From a virus: a stretch of DNA of 64,000 nt. The stretch's first letter is position 1; each line of letters begins with the position of its first letter. Positions 10,047-21,700 of this stretch are shown piece after piece. Under the pieces are notes generated by a model, which saw only the letters and a program-made list of their open reading frames with translations, was not told where the DNA came from and searched no databases. Both the position numbers and the translations under genes were made by a program. The stretch is taken from positions 32,001 to 96,000 of the IMG/VR virus record IMGVR_UViG_3300032236_000548. One strand, written 5' to 3'.

Positions 10047-10197
10047 ATTTTGGCGCATTTGGGCCAAAGCGTTAGGTGAAAAAGCAGGCAAAACGGACGA
10101 GGAATCGGACCGAATTGCTTGCATTCGAACCCTAATTGTGTTATCATATGTACTTACAAACACTTTTATAATCGCAGGCGTCATAAGGCATTGGTAA
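10027..10197 (+). CDS. small membrane protein
   Basis: MRIFFRKFWRIWAKALGEKAG...IRTLIVLSYVLTNTFIIAGVIRHW; its stop overlaps the uvsE ATG (TAATG). Confidence 0.65.
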   Translation: MRIFFRKFWRIWAKALGEKAGKTDEESDRIACIRTLIVLSYVLTNTFIIAGVIRHW

Positions 10198-11222
10198 TGA
10201 AACGTATAGGCTTCGCATGTAAATGGATCGATCATCCACATCAAACAGACGGTATTGGCAAAGACGATGATGCCAAACAATACAACACAGGCACAACTAC
10301 TATTTCTTGGTTAAATAGACAATCGAGAGATATCGCGGAGCAGAAATTATGGGACCTAATGGTAGGCAATATCGAAGCAACAAGGAAGTTGGTTGAACGT
10401 GTCAGCACACTTGACAGTTCTCTTCGGATGGTTAGGATTAGTAGTGACATTCTGCCTGCTTATACTCACGCTGACTTTGCTGATTATTGGCGTAAACCTG
10501 ACGTTGTATCATACGCCGAAACCCACTTTAAGAGAGTGGGTGACATTGCTCGCAATAGCAATGTTCGCTTGTCTATGCATCCTGGCCAATTTACTGTGCT
10601 GGCAAGTGATAACCCAGGGATTGTCGAACGCTCGATCGCAGAGTTTGAATACCATGCTGATATGGCCCGCTGGATGGGATATGGAAAAACATTCCAAGAT
10701 TTTAAAATCAACGTCCATATCTCCGGCAAACAAGGCCCTGAAGGCATTAGACGTGCCTACGGAAAACTAACACCCGAAGCCCGTAACTGTATTACTATCG
10801 AAAACGAGGAAAACTCTCATGGACTTACTGACTGTCTCACTATTAGTGATATTGTCCCCATTGTTCTTGACATACATCATCATTGGATACGAGAAGGGGA
10901 ATATATTCAACCTAACGATGACCGCGTTAAAATGGTTGTTGATAGCTGGCGCGGCCTCCGTCCCACTTGTCATTATAGTATCAGCCGTGAAGATGTACTT
11001 GTGGGGCACTCCGGTAACGTTGCACCGAATCATGCCCAACTTCTTTTAGAAGGTTACAAAAAGCAAAAGCTCAGGGCACATTCAGACTTTTACTGGAATA
11101 CAGCAACGAATGAATGGGCTCTGAGCTTTTTAGATACTCACGATATTATGTGCGAATCTAAAGGCAAAAACTTAGCTAGTTTTGCCCTTTACGAACAAGC
11201 TAAAAAACTTACTCTGCTTTAG
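10197..11222 (+). CDS. uvsE: UV DNA damage endonuclease (UvsE/UVDE)
   Basis: RIGFAC, RISSDILP, RLSMHPGQF, IENEE, VLDIHHH and AHSD motifs; true start is ATG 10197. Confidence 0.92.
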   Translation: MKRIGFACKWIDHPHQTDGIGKDDDAKQYNTGTTTISWLNRQSRDIAEQKLWDLMVGNIEATRKLVERVSTLDSSLRMVRISSDILPAYTHADFADYWRKPDVVSYAETHFKRVGDIARNSNVRLSMHPGQFTVLASDNPGIVERSIAEFEYHADMARWMGYGKTFQDFKINVHISGKQGPEGIRRAYGKLTPEARNCITIENEENSHGLTDCLTISDIVPIVLDIHHHWIREGEYIQPNDDRVKMVVDSWRGLRPTCHYSISREDVLVGHSGNVAPNHAQLLLEGYKKQKLRAHSDFYWNTATNEWALSFLDTHDIMCESKGKNLASFALYEQAKKLTLL

Positions 11223-11460
11223 GCTTTTTAGGAGCACGTGGCTTTTTAACAGCTGGTGCTTTCTTAGCCGATGGCTTTTTCTTAGCAGGTTTTGCAGGTG
11301 CAATATCAACTTGACCAGCACCTTCTACTACTACAGAAGCTGGTGGCTCGCCAACTACGACAGGCACGTCACTGATTGTAGAAACACTAGGTGTTTCAAC
11401 TTTGTATGGTGCTACTGGCTCGTCTGCTTTTTTAAAGAAACTTTTGAAAAATTTTAACAT
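11209..11460 (-). CDS. small protein with a Lys/Ala/Pro-rich histone-like tail
   Basis: KPAKKKPSAKKAPAVKKPRAPKK; GGAGG SD and a minus-strand TAAATA (11480-11485). Confidence 0.75.
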   Translation of the reverse strand: MLKFFKSFFKKADEPVAPYKVETPSVSTISDVPVVVGEPPASVVVEGAGQVDIAPAKPAKKKPSAKKAPAVKKPRAPKKPKAE

Positions 11461-11479
11461 GGTATTTTATCCTCCAAGA

Positions 11480-11497
11480 TATTTACCTCGATAAATA
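11480..11497. promoter_or_regulatory. back-to-back divergent late promoters
   Basis: TATTTA (11480-85, minus strand) and TAAATA (11492-97, plus strand). Confidence 0.6.
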
Positions 11498-11501
11498 CAC
11501 T

Positions 11502-12062
11502 ATGTATAATTTTATCAAGCATATTACTTTAAATGAGGGCAAAACACCCAAGACTTTAACCCAAACAAAATTGCCGTATAGCCGCGATGATTTGGAGCCA
11601 AGTATCAGCGAAGATACTATAAACTATCACTATGGTAAACTATACAAAGCATACGTAGAACGTTTTAATAACGGCGAAGGCGATGCTGATTTTAATGAAG
11701 CAGGTGCTTTTTTACACGATTTATTGTTTACACAATACCAGGCACCAAGCAGTAGTAACACTCCAGACGGTTCTGCGGGCGAACTAATCACTAAACATTT
11801 TAAAACTTTTGATAACTTTAAAGAAAAGTTTCAAAAAGAAGCTATGGCAGTGCAAGGTAGCGGCTGGGTTTACTTGTCACACAGGGGCGAAATTAAAACA
11901 ATCAAAAACCATGAAATTAAGATGGATATTGTATTGTTAATCGACTGGTGGGAGCATGCCTGGGCATTGGACTACCAAGCAGATAAAAAGAAGTACCTAG
12001 CTAATCAGTGGAAAATTATCAACTGGAACGTTATTAGTTCTAGAATTGGTCTAGTGTCTTAA
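11502..12062 (+). CDS. sod: Fe/Mn superoxide dismutase
   Basis: LPY...LEP.IS..T..YH, FLHDLLF, QGSGW and DWWEHAW..DY; all four metal ligands appear to be present. Confidence 0.9.
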   Translation: MYNFIKHITLNEGKTPKTLTQTKLPYSRDDLEPSISEDTINYHYGKLYKAYVERFNNGEGDADFNEAGAFLHDLLFTQYQAPSSSNTPDGSAGELITKHFKTFDNFKEKFQKEAMAVQGSGWVYLSHRGEIKTIKNHEIKMDIVLLIDWWEHAWALDYQADKKKYLANQWKIINWNVISSRIGLVS

Positions 12063-12327
12063 GACTACTAACTGGCATATCCCAAACTTTACGCGACTCA
12101 ACACCCTTTTCCTGTGCAAACTTCTTAGCGTCACAATCTCCGCAAACGTGATAGTAGTTATTGTTTAACCTATTAGGATCCATTGATCCTTTATCGCGTT
12201 TAAAAATTCCCTGGCAACAATCGCAACGAAATATTACCACACGTTTCTTACGAAAATATGTGTGGTTGTTCCCACGCTTACTTGTTCGCATGTATTGTGT
12301 TTGCTGGTATTCTGTTCCTAAGTACAT
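12040..12327 (-). CDS. small Cys-rich (zinc-ribbon-like) protein
   Basis: CDCC...CGDC; minus-strand TAAATA at 12333-12338 just before the ATG. Confidence 0.7.
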   Translation of the reverse strand: MYLGTEYQQTQYMRTSKRGNNHTYFRKKRVVIFRCDCCQGIFKRDKGSMDPNRLNNNYYHVCGDCDAKKFAQEKGVESRKVWDMPVSSLKTLDQF

Positions 12328-12397
12328 GATTGTATTTACTAGTTTACATTAAGATTATAAAACGCCTTTGATAAATATTATATCGAGGGCTAAAATT

Positions 12398-12721
12398 GTG
12401 ATCACAATTACTGAATCAGCAAAAACAAAAATTAAAGACATCCTTTATCAAGAAGGAAACCCAAGTTTAGCACTACGTACTTTTGTCCAAGGAGGTGGCT
12501 GTAGCGGTTTTAGTTACGGTTTTACACTAGACGAAGTAGCGAACGAAGACGATTTTGAAATCCCTGTTGATGAGTTTCGAGTGCTTGTAGACAGCATGAG
12601 TATGCAATACATGACAGGTGCAGAAATAGATTATAAAGAAGAGCTAATGGGCAGTAGTTTCACTATAAAGAATCCTAATGCGACAACACAATGCGGCTGC
12701 GGTAGCAGTTTCGGAGTTTAA
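12398..12721 (+). CDS. A-type Fe-S cluster carrier (IscA/ErpA/HesB family)
   Basis: GGGCSGFSY and NPNA...CGCGSSF; probable GTG start at 12398 after a GAGG SD. Confidence 0.93.
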   Translation: MITITESAKTKIKDILYQEGNPSLALRTFVQGGGCSGFSYGFTLDEVANEDDFEIPVDEFRVLVDSMSMQYMTGAEIDYKEELMGSSFTIKNPNATTQCGCGSSFGV

Positions 12722-12724
12722 TAA

Positions 12725-15700
12725 ATGACACAACAAATAATTGATATTGGTATACAAGGTAATGACGGAACTGGTGATAGTATCCGTACATCGTTTAACA
12801 AAGTTAACCAAAACTTTACCGAAATTTATGCAATTTTTGGTGCTGGCGGCAGTATTAAATTTGGAAACTTAGCAGATGCTCCAGGTAGTAGTACTTTTAC
12901 TATCGTTAGTGCTAGCGGCAATGGTACCCAAGCTACATTAAACTTTGCCAATCCTAACCCAGGTTTAGGACTTCCGTTTAGTATTGGTCAAAATATTGTT
13001 ATCACTGGCACACTTCCTAGCGGATATAATGGTGCTTATACTGTCACTAACGCAACGCCAACTAGTGTTACTTTTGCAAATACTACAACAGCCGCTATTA
13101 CCCAAACAGGTAAAATTGCAGGAACTGCATATAGCTCTAACCAAGTTATTATGGCTAGCACTACTGGCAATAGCTTAACTGCTAGAGATATTGTAGGTAT
13201 TAATGGTATTACCATTGATGCTTCAGATAACAATCAATTGATTATTGGTTCCAATTCTGGAGGATTGATCACTGATCCACAGCCAACACTTGGTACACAC
13301 ATGAATGCCGATCAGTTTATTATCGGTAATTTAGCAGATCCTGATCCAAGTCTTGTAACACAATTTAATGCTGTATTTGCTAGTAAAGGATATACAACAA
13401 CTATTGGCCAAATGGCTGTTACTGTTAACTACGCTAACAATCATTACTTGCAAGTTACTAACGGACAGGTAGTAGGTCCATTGCGTGTTCGCGCACAACC
13501 AACCGTTGCACAAACAAATGATCCTGATTATGATCCAACATTAAGTGGAAACTATGTATCAACAGAAGCCATTCAACGTAAAGATGCTATTTTACGTAGC
13601 GGCGACAAGATGGCTGGAACTTTAACCCTAAGTGATCACCCAGGTAGTATGGCCGGTGCAGGAACACCAAATGGTGCAGATGATTTGCAAGCGGCTACAA
13701 AGTTCTATGTTGACAACAACACTCATTATAGTAATGTAAACTTGTATGTTAGTACAGGCGGCGATGATACACAAAGAAAAACTCCATTAGGACGCGAAGG
13801 TCGTGCTCCTCAGTACGCTTATAAAACTGTCGGTGCGGCTGCTCTACAAGCACAAAACTTAATTAACTTGTCGTTCACAGAGCCTGGCCCTTACAGACAA
13901 ACTGTTGCTTACACTATTGGACCATCTCAGTACACAAGTAGTGTTACTAGTGTAAGTTTCAGTGGAGGAAATAGTGGTATACAGGGTTATTTAGATGCGG
14001 CTAGTTTGTTAGAATCAAACAAAACATTTATTCAAAACGAAACATTAGCTTATCTAAACCAAAAATATGTAAACACATTTACATTTGATAAAACTCGTTA
14101 TAGCAATATCATATCTGACATTGTCGACGGCGTAGCATATGACTTAGTTTTAGGTACAAACTTTAACTCTACTACACAAGCAAGCATCTTATTCAATGCA
14201 TATAATAGTGATGTTGTTGGAAACTTATCAACCATCATTGCGGCTATTCAAAATGCTGAGAGCCAAATTTTAAATTATTCATATAATACCGATAACACAC
14301 GAACATATATCGGTAAAGTAATTAACGCTCTATGCTATGACTTAGAGTTTGGATCTAACTTCCAAAGTATTCAAGTAGGTTTAGGATTTAAGTATGCAAA
14401 TACTGGATTGGAAACAACTCCTACCGTTATTAATACTGTTGCTACTGCAACTAGCGGTACTGCGATCGGTACAGACAGTTCTATTTCTGGAACTACGTTA
14501 GTTGTAGGTGGATCAGTTACTGGTACATTTGCCGTAGGAATGACCTTAAGTGGCATTGGCATTACTCCCGGAACAACTATCACAGCACTGGGTACTGGTA
14601 CAGGCGGAGCAGGTTCTTACACAATTAGTACAAGTTACTCTGGTGGTCTTTCGCATGTAAGAGTTACAGGTGTTAATAATCGAATTACAGTTAGTAGCAC
14701 ACAAAGTATGGTTGTTGGTTCTGCTATTGTGTTTACTGGAACTAGTTTTGGTAACTTAATTGCAGGTAATACATATTACATTAACAGTATTCCCGATAGT
14801 GCAAATATTACTATTAGTTCATCGTTTGGTGGATCTGACTACTCTCTAGCAACTGCTACAGGTAGCATGGTGGCTAATACAACGGCTCCTTCAGAAATTG
14901 CAAGTGCGTTGACAAACTTGGCTAATCAAATTACATTGTTGCCTGCCGTTTCATCAACTCCTTCAATTGTTAATTCTATTAATGCAATTCTTAAAAATAT
15001 TAGTGATATTATTGTCACTGGAACATTGCCTGCGCCAACTTATCCGCCAGTTACTACTGGCACTGGTTTTAGTTATAACTCAGCTAAGTGTGCTCGCGAC
15101 GTTGGACTTATTGTTAATGCAGTATTAGACGATATTATTTTTAATACAAACTATCGCTCGTTGACTGCGGCGTTTGCATATTTACGAAGCTATAGTAATG
15201 TAGTAACAACTAGTCAAAAAGCACAAACAATTGCCGGTATTAATAATGCTAGAGATCAAATCATTGCATTAGTAAGTTCTAATAACGCGGCTGTAACTGC
15301 TATTACTGGCAAGTTTGGCATCATCACAACAATTATTAATAATGTCAGTGCTTCTGGTGCACCGAGTGTATCGTTTACCAATCCAGGAAATACAGCAGTT
15401 GGTATCGTTAACGGTGCCGCTGAATTACAATCAAATCGTCAATTCTTAATCGATGAAACTATTGCATACGTTAAAGCTAATCTTAGCCCAAATAGTATTC
15501 CTTTATACGATGAAACAAGTTGCCGTCGTGACACCGGATACATTGTTGATGCATTAACATTTGACTTATTATACGGTGGCAATAGTGCGACAGTTGTTGC
15601 CGCGGATGCTTACTTTAACGGTGTAACTAGTACCATTAGTCAAGAAACTACTGCGGTTGCAAGTGCGTTCACACACTTACAAGCTATCATTGGTAACATT

Positions 15701-18700
15701 ATTCAAGCAAATACTTCTTGGACCAAGACTACCGGCAACGTTACAAATCAAAGCACAGTAGTAGGAGTTGGTTCTCCAGCTGCCGCATCGACTGTTAGTA
15801 CATTATTAGGTTATGTTATTGCTATCGTTAACGGAGGAACTTCGGCAGGACCTGCTGTTATTGCTCCAACATACGCAAACGGTGTAAATTACAGTTCTTA
15901 TTCTTCTGTACAAACTACTATATTATCTAGTTTAACAAGCATCGAGTCGAACGTTATAACATTCCTAAATGAAACTTATGTTTCATCAACAGGTCAAGTA
16001 AGTGCTGTTAACTTATTGTTAAACAATATTAATTTTATTCAAGCTGAGATTGTTGCGTACCTACTAGCAAACTATCCAACAGTAACTTATAACAAGGCCA
16101 CTTGCCAGCGAGATGTAAAATATATTATCTGGGCATTATGTTATGACATCACTTACGGTGGTAACAGCCAAAGTATATACGCCGGTTTACAATACTGGAT
16201 CAACAATGCATATCAGATTGCTGGATACGAACAAGCGGCTACAGTAAGTGCAATCGGTTATCTTGGAACTATTGCACAGAATATTGTACAAAATCAAACT
16301 CCAGTTAAACTATATCAAACTGGTGTAATTCAATATGCAAATACTACATTAAGTGGCGGTAGTGTAGCTACTTCTAGCATTAATACTAACATTGGTACAA
16401 TTCAAAGTATCGTGGCTAGTAGCTCACAACCTAGTGTGTCGGTCACTTACCCAACCACAAGTGCCGTTGCATCAACATTGACTACCGCTGTTGCGGCAAT
16501 TACTGCCGATACAACAACTTTAGAATCGAATGCTATCACTTATATTGATACAAACTTCCCAGTATTGAATAATAGTATTCAAAAGACTACTATTACAAAT
16601 CTATTCAATACTGTAACTAATATTCTAAATGGTGGCATCGGTAGTAGAACACGACCTACATACGCAACTACAGGATTTAGTTCAAGTATCGTACAAGCAC
16701 AGTCTGCAATTTTAGCTAACATTGATTTTATTACAGCTGAAACAAATGCATGGATTAATTCTCAATACCCAGGTGTAACATATGATCCTGTTGCATCTGC
16801 TAGAGATTTGTCATTTGTTTTAGAAGCGATTGTTTACGACATTACCTACGGTGGTAGTGCGGCTACGACTCAAGCGGCTAACCAATATTATGCAAACGGT
16901 GTTGCACAACTAGTGACTGGATTACCTTCAGTTTGTTCGGCTGCACTTAACCATGCATTAAACGTAACTCAAAACGTTGTATCAAACAGTTTAGTGACTC
17001 CAAGTGCTGGTAATTATATTACTACAACTGGTGCTAGTGGTGACGGTGTCAACGTTACTATCACATTTGCACCACAAGCAACTCCTCCTTATAGCATTGG
17101 CCAAGTAATTGCTATTCAAGGTGTTACTCCAACGGGGTACAATACTAATAATGGTGCAGGTGTAACTGTTACCAACTGTACTACTACCAGTGTAACTTTT
17201 GCAAGTACTGCCAGTGGCGCACAAACTATTGCAGGAAAAATTACAAAACAAGTTTTAAATTCATCATGGACACAAAGCTATGCTCAAAGTGCCGTTGTTA
17301 ATACTTTGTTTGGAATTGTAACTGGTGTAATCGGAAGTAACAGTGTAGCTACTCCTGTATATCCAGTAATCACTAGTTACGATAATGCATTGCAAGCAAC
17401 ATTTGGTATTATTACAAACAATACATACACTATTTCAAATAATGTAGTAACATACTTGACTAATACATTTAGTGGTGGATTTAGTTATAACGAAGCAACT
17501 TGCTACAGAGACCTTGGTTACATTATCGACGGACAAGTGATTGACTTGTTAACAGACGGAACTTATCAAAGTATTACCGCAGGTAAGAGTTATTACAAAA
17601 ACGTAAGTGCAAAGGCAATTGCGATTGGCTCACAGTACTCTGAAACAGTTGATGGTATTCAGTTTGCACAACAACTTGCAATTCAAGTTTTAAATCAAAC
17701 AGTACAAACACGTTATCAAACATTAATATCTCAAGTTACTGATAATACTAAAAATGCTACTGTAGGTACAAACGTTGCTACAGGTACATTTGTAAGCAAC
17801 ACAACAACTACATTGACATTAACTAGTATTACAGGAGTTATTGTTCCAGGTATGGTGATAACTGGTACTGGATTTACAAATAGCACTCCAGTAACTATTA
17901 CAAGTATTTTAAATTCAAGCACTGTATCAATTAGCGCGGCACCTGCTGGAACTCCTAGCGGTACTATTACATTAACTGCTACACCAGTTACAACATTAAA
18001 TGCCAACATGAATACTATTATTAGTATTATCAATGGCGGTGTTGGTGCGGCTCCTACACCAAGTTTTGGTAGCGGATACTATACTGTTACATTCAGTAAC
18101 GGTGGTAATGGTTATGTTGATCAAGGTCAGGCTGGTTCAAATCACATTATTCCAGGAAAGATTTTAGTAGGAGATACATCTAGCTCATACGGTCAAATTG
18201 TTAGTTATGTACCTGGAGTAAGTTCTAACAACGACACAGTTACATTGAACATGACTCGCCCAGGGTTCTTTGCATACATTCCAACAACTGCAACTGCAAC
18301 TGCTGGTAGTACTACACTTACTGTAACTGCAACAAGTTATACAACTGCATTTAATAGCACTTCAAACATTGTTGTTGGGTTAGGTGTAACTGGCGTTAAT
18401 ATTCCGTTAGGTGCAACGGTTACTGCTATTATAGGAAATACTGTAACCATTAGCACTCCTACACTAGGAATTCTAACTAGCAGTAACGTTGTATTCGGTG
18501 AATTACTAGATTTCGGTGAAACTGTTTCAGAACAAAACATTACCATTTATGTTGAAAGCGGTATCTATTATGAAGATTACCCAATTAAGTTATCAGCCAA
18601 CGTAACAATTCGCGGTGACGACTTCCGTAGAACAATTATTCGTCCGTTGAATCGTATTAGTCAATCACCATGGCGCAATGTATTCTTCTACCGCGATACT

Positions 18701-21700
18701 ATTATCGACGGTATGCAACTTGGATTGATTAATTTCTCAGGTACAGACTACGCGGCTGCTACCGGTTCAGGTGCAACTTTAAGTGGAACTACTGGTAACA
18801 TTACCATTACATTGACTACTGGACAAGCAAGCCCAACATGGATTGGTAAAGTTATTGTGGACCAGACTAGCGAAACAGGTATTGCTGGTAAGGCTGTGAT
18901 TAATACCGTTAGCGGTAACGTAATGAACTGTACTGTAGTGTATCCGTTTGCGGCGGTAATAACATACCCAAGCGGTTCATGGCACATGTACGACACTATC
19001 AACTATGGACGTCACTACTTGACTAACCCATCGTTGCCAGAAAGTCCAAGCAATCCGGCATTAAACAACAAGTTAATGGACGTATTCTTAACTAACGATG
19101 CTAACCGTGTTAAGTTAATTACATGTCAAGGCCACGGCGGATTTATGATGGTACTCGACCCAGAAGGTCAGATCAAAACTAAATCTCCATATGCTCAAGA
19201 ATCTGCTAGCTTCTCTGGAAGTATAAACAGAAAACGTTTTGCTGGTGGTCAATTCATTGACGGCTTTGCTGGACGTTTATTTGGTACTATCACTGGTGTA
19301 AGTAATAGCGGGTATACAATTACTGTAACTGGATCTACTAATAGTGGGTTGGATGTACGTGCTCCACAAACTCCTTGTGCATTCTATGTACAAGGTAATC
19401 GTTATCAAATTAACAATGTGTTGAGCTACAATAATACAACTGCTACTGTTGTATTAGGTTTAGATACAAGTACACCATTCTACCCAAGTGCTACCTATAG
19501 CAACTCATTATTGTATTCAAACATTGCAAGTGTTGTCGATGGCATTAGCTATGACATGGCATTTGGTAGTAACTATCAAAGTATTAAGACTGGTATTACA
19601 TTCTTGCAACCTGCAAATTCTGTTGTAGGTCTAAGCGAGTCAATTATTACACAAAGTTTTAGTTATGTTGCCACACAAATTAATGCGTTACCTGGGGTAG
19701 ATAGTCCTGGTAAGACTGCAATTAATAACAACGTAACTATTATTAATAACATTATTAATAACGGTATTTTTGGAAATAGTACTGCCGGTATTCCAACAGT
19801 TGTGTTCCCTAACCCAGCTAACGTAACTGCAAACGTTTCTAATGCAAAATTATTGCTACAAGCTAATAAAGCATTTATACAAGCTGAAGTTGTTGCTCGT
19901 GTTTCTGCCAACTATAACGTAGGCGGCTTTGCTGGTTATAGTGCATTAACATTATCTAATAACATTGGTTTTGCAATTGATGCTATCACTTATGACTTAT
20001 TATACGGCGGAACAAGTAGCGTATATGACGTTGCACAATGGATGTACTTCCCAGCATTAGCTACTTTATATACTGCGGCTATGGGTTACTTGGGTACAGT
20101 TGCTGGACAAATTGTTCAGAAAACTAATGTAACACGAACAAACGGTAATACACTATTCCAAGTAACTACAGGATATACTGCGGCTACAAGTACTCAAGCA
20201 ACTACAATTACTTCGTTATGTGCTGTTCTAGCTGACTATACAACTGATGGCACATTTGGCAGTTCAACAAGAACATTGCCAACTGTTTCAAGTACAACAA
20301 CTACAAGTTCATTAGCTACTGATTTTAATAATATTCAAACAGCAAAATCAACATTACAATCTACTACAATTACCTATGCTAACAACGGTTCTGGTATTGT
20401 TATTAATATTGAAATGGGCGGTAATAAGTCCATGTTGGCCAACGACTTTACACAGATTAACGACTTAGGTTATGGTATTCTATGTACTAACGCTGGTTTA
20501 ACTGAACAAGTTTCAACATTTACCTACTACTGTTATACAGCTTACTGGGCGTTGAATGGTGGACAGATTCGTTCTGTTGCTGGTTCAAACTCAAACGGTG
20601 TGTTTGGTTTACGTGGCACTGGTTCAGACGTAACTGAACTACCTAACGCAGTTAACCTTGCTTACAACATGGTACAAAGTGCTCGTGTTTACAAACAAGG
20701 CGCATACTCTACTGCAATGCAACCGACTTCTACTCAGCAAGCATTAACAGTTTACATCACTAACTGGGAATACTTGCCAGCTGGTACAAGTGAATTAGAA
20801 ATTGACCACACACTTGCTGGTGGTGGAATTGCACGTTATGAAATCAGTACTGTTGCACATACTCCAGTTAACGTTAACGGACAAAACGTTCTTAGCTTGA
20901 CATTGAGTACAAGCGGTAATAACCAAACTAGTGCTAGCGGTTTACAATATGCATTATACGATGGACAAATTGTTACAATTCGTGTTCTAAGTAATATTAA
21001 GTTTTACAACATTAGTAACGTAAAACCAGTTCGTCCAAGTACAGCGTTACAATATAGTAACAACTTGGCCAGCATCTATCGTATTATTGCGTATAACTTA
21101 ACAGAAGCAACTGGTGAGGCACTACCTGCTCACCAATCATTGCTACAGATGGATACTTCGTTTGCTTACTATAAGTTTGTTGTCGATACAACAAATATGT
21201 ACAACGCTGATCCATCAGTATACATAACATTAGGTACTGTTGCATTAAGCCCTGCTAGTACAATTGGTACAACATTATATGTTGTAACAAGTAGTCTTAC
21301 AAATGGTGCACCAGTTGTTGGACAATATGTTGGCGGTTACGGATATCAAAACTGTGTTGTAACAAACGTTACAACTAGTGGTGCTAACACAGTTATTACT
21401 ACAAGCACTCCACCAAGTGTAGCGCCAGTAGGAAATGTTTGGTTCTCCACAACCACAATGGGTGCTCAAGTTGGCGACAACAAGATTGCTGTATTGCAGA
21501 TTAGTGATACCGCAACTATTAGCCAATTAAATTCAGGTACTTACGTATTTGGTTGGGCAGGTCGTACACATCGTGTTATCAGTTATGTTGTTCCACAAAC
21601 TATTGCATCTGGATCATTTGGTACTGGTAGTACCAGCAGTTATACTCTAGTTGTTAACAACGTTGCTGGAACTATTACTCCTGGACAGATTGTTACAGGA

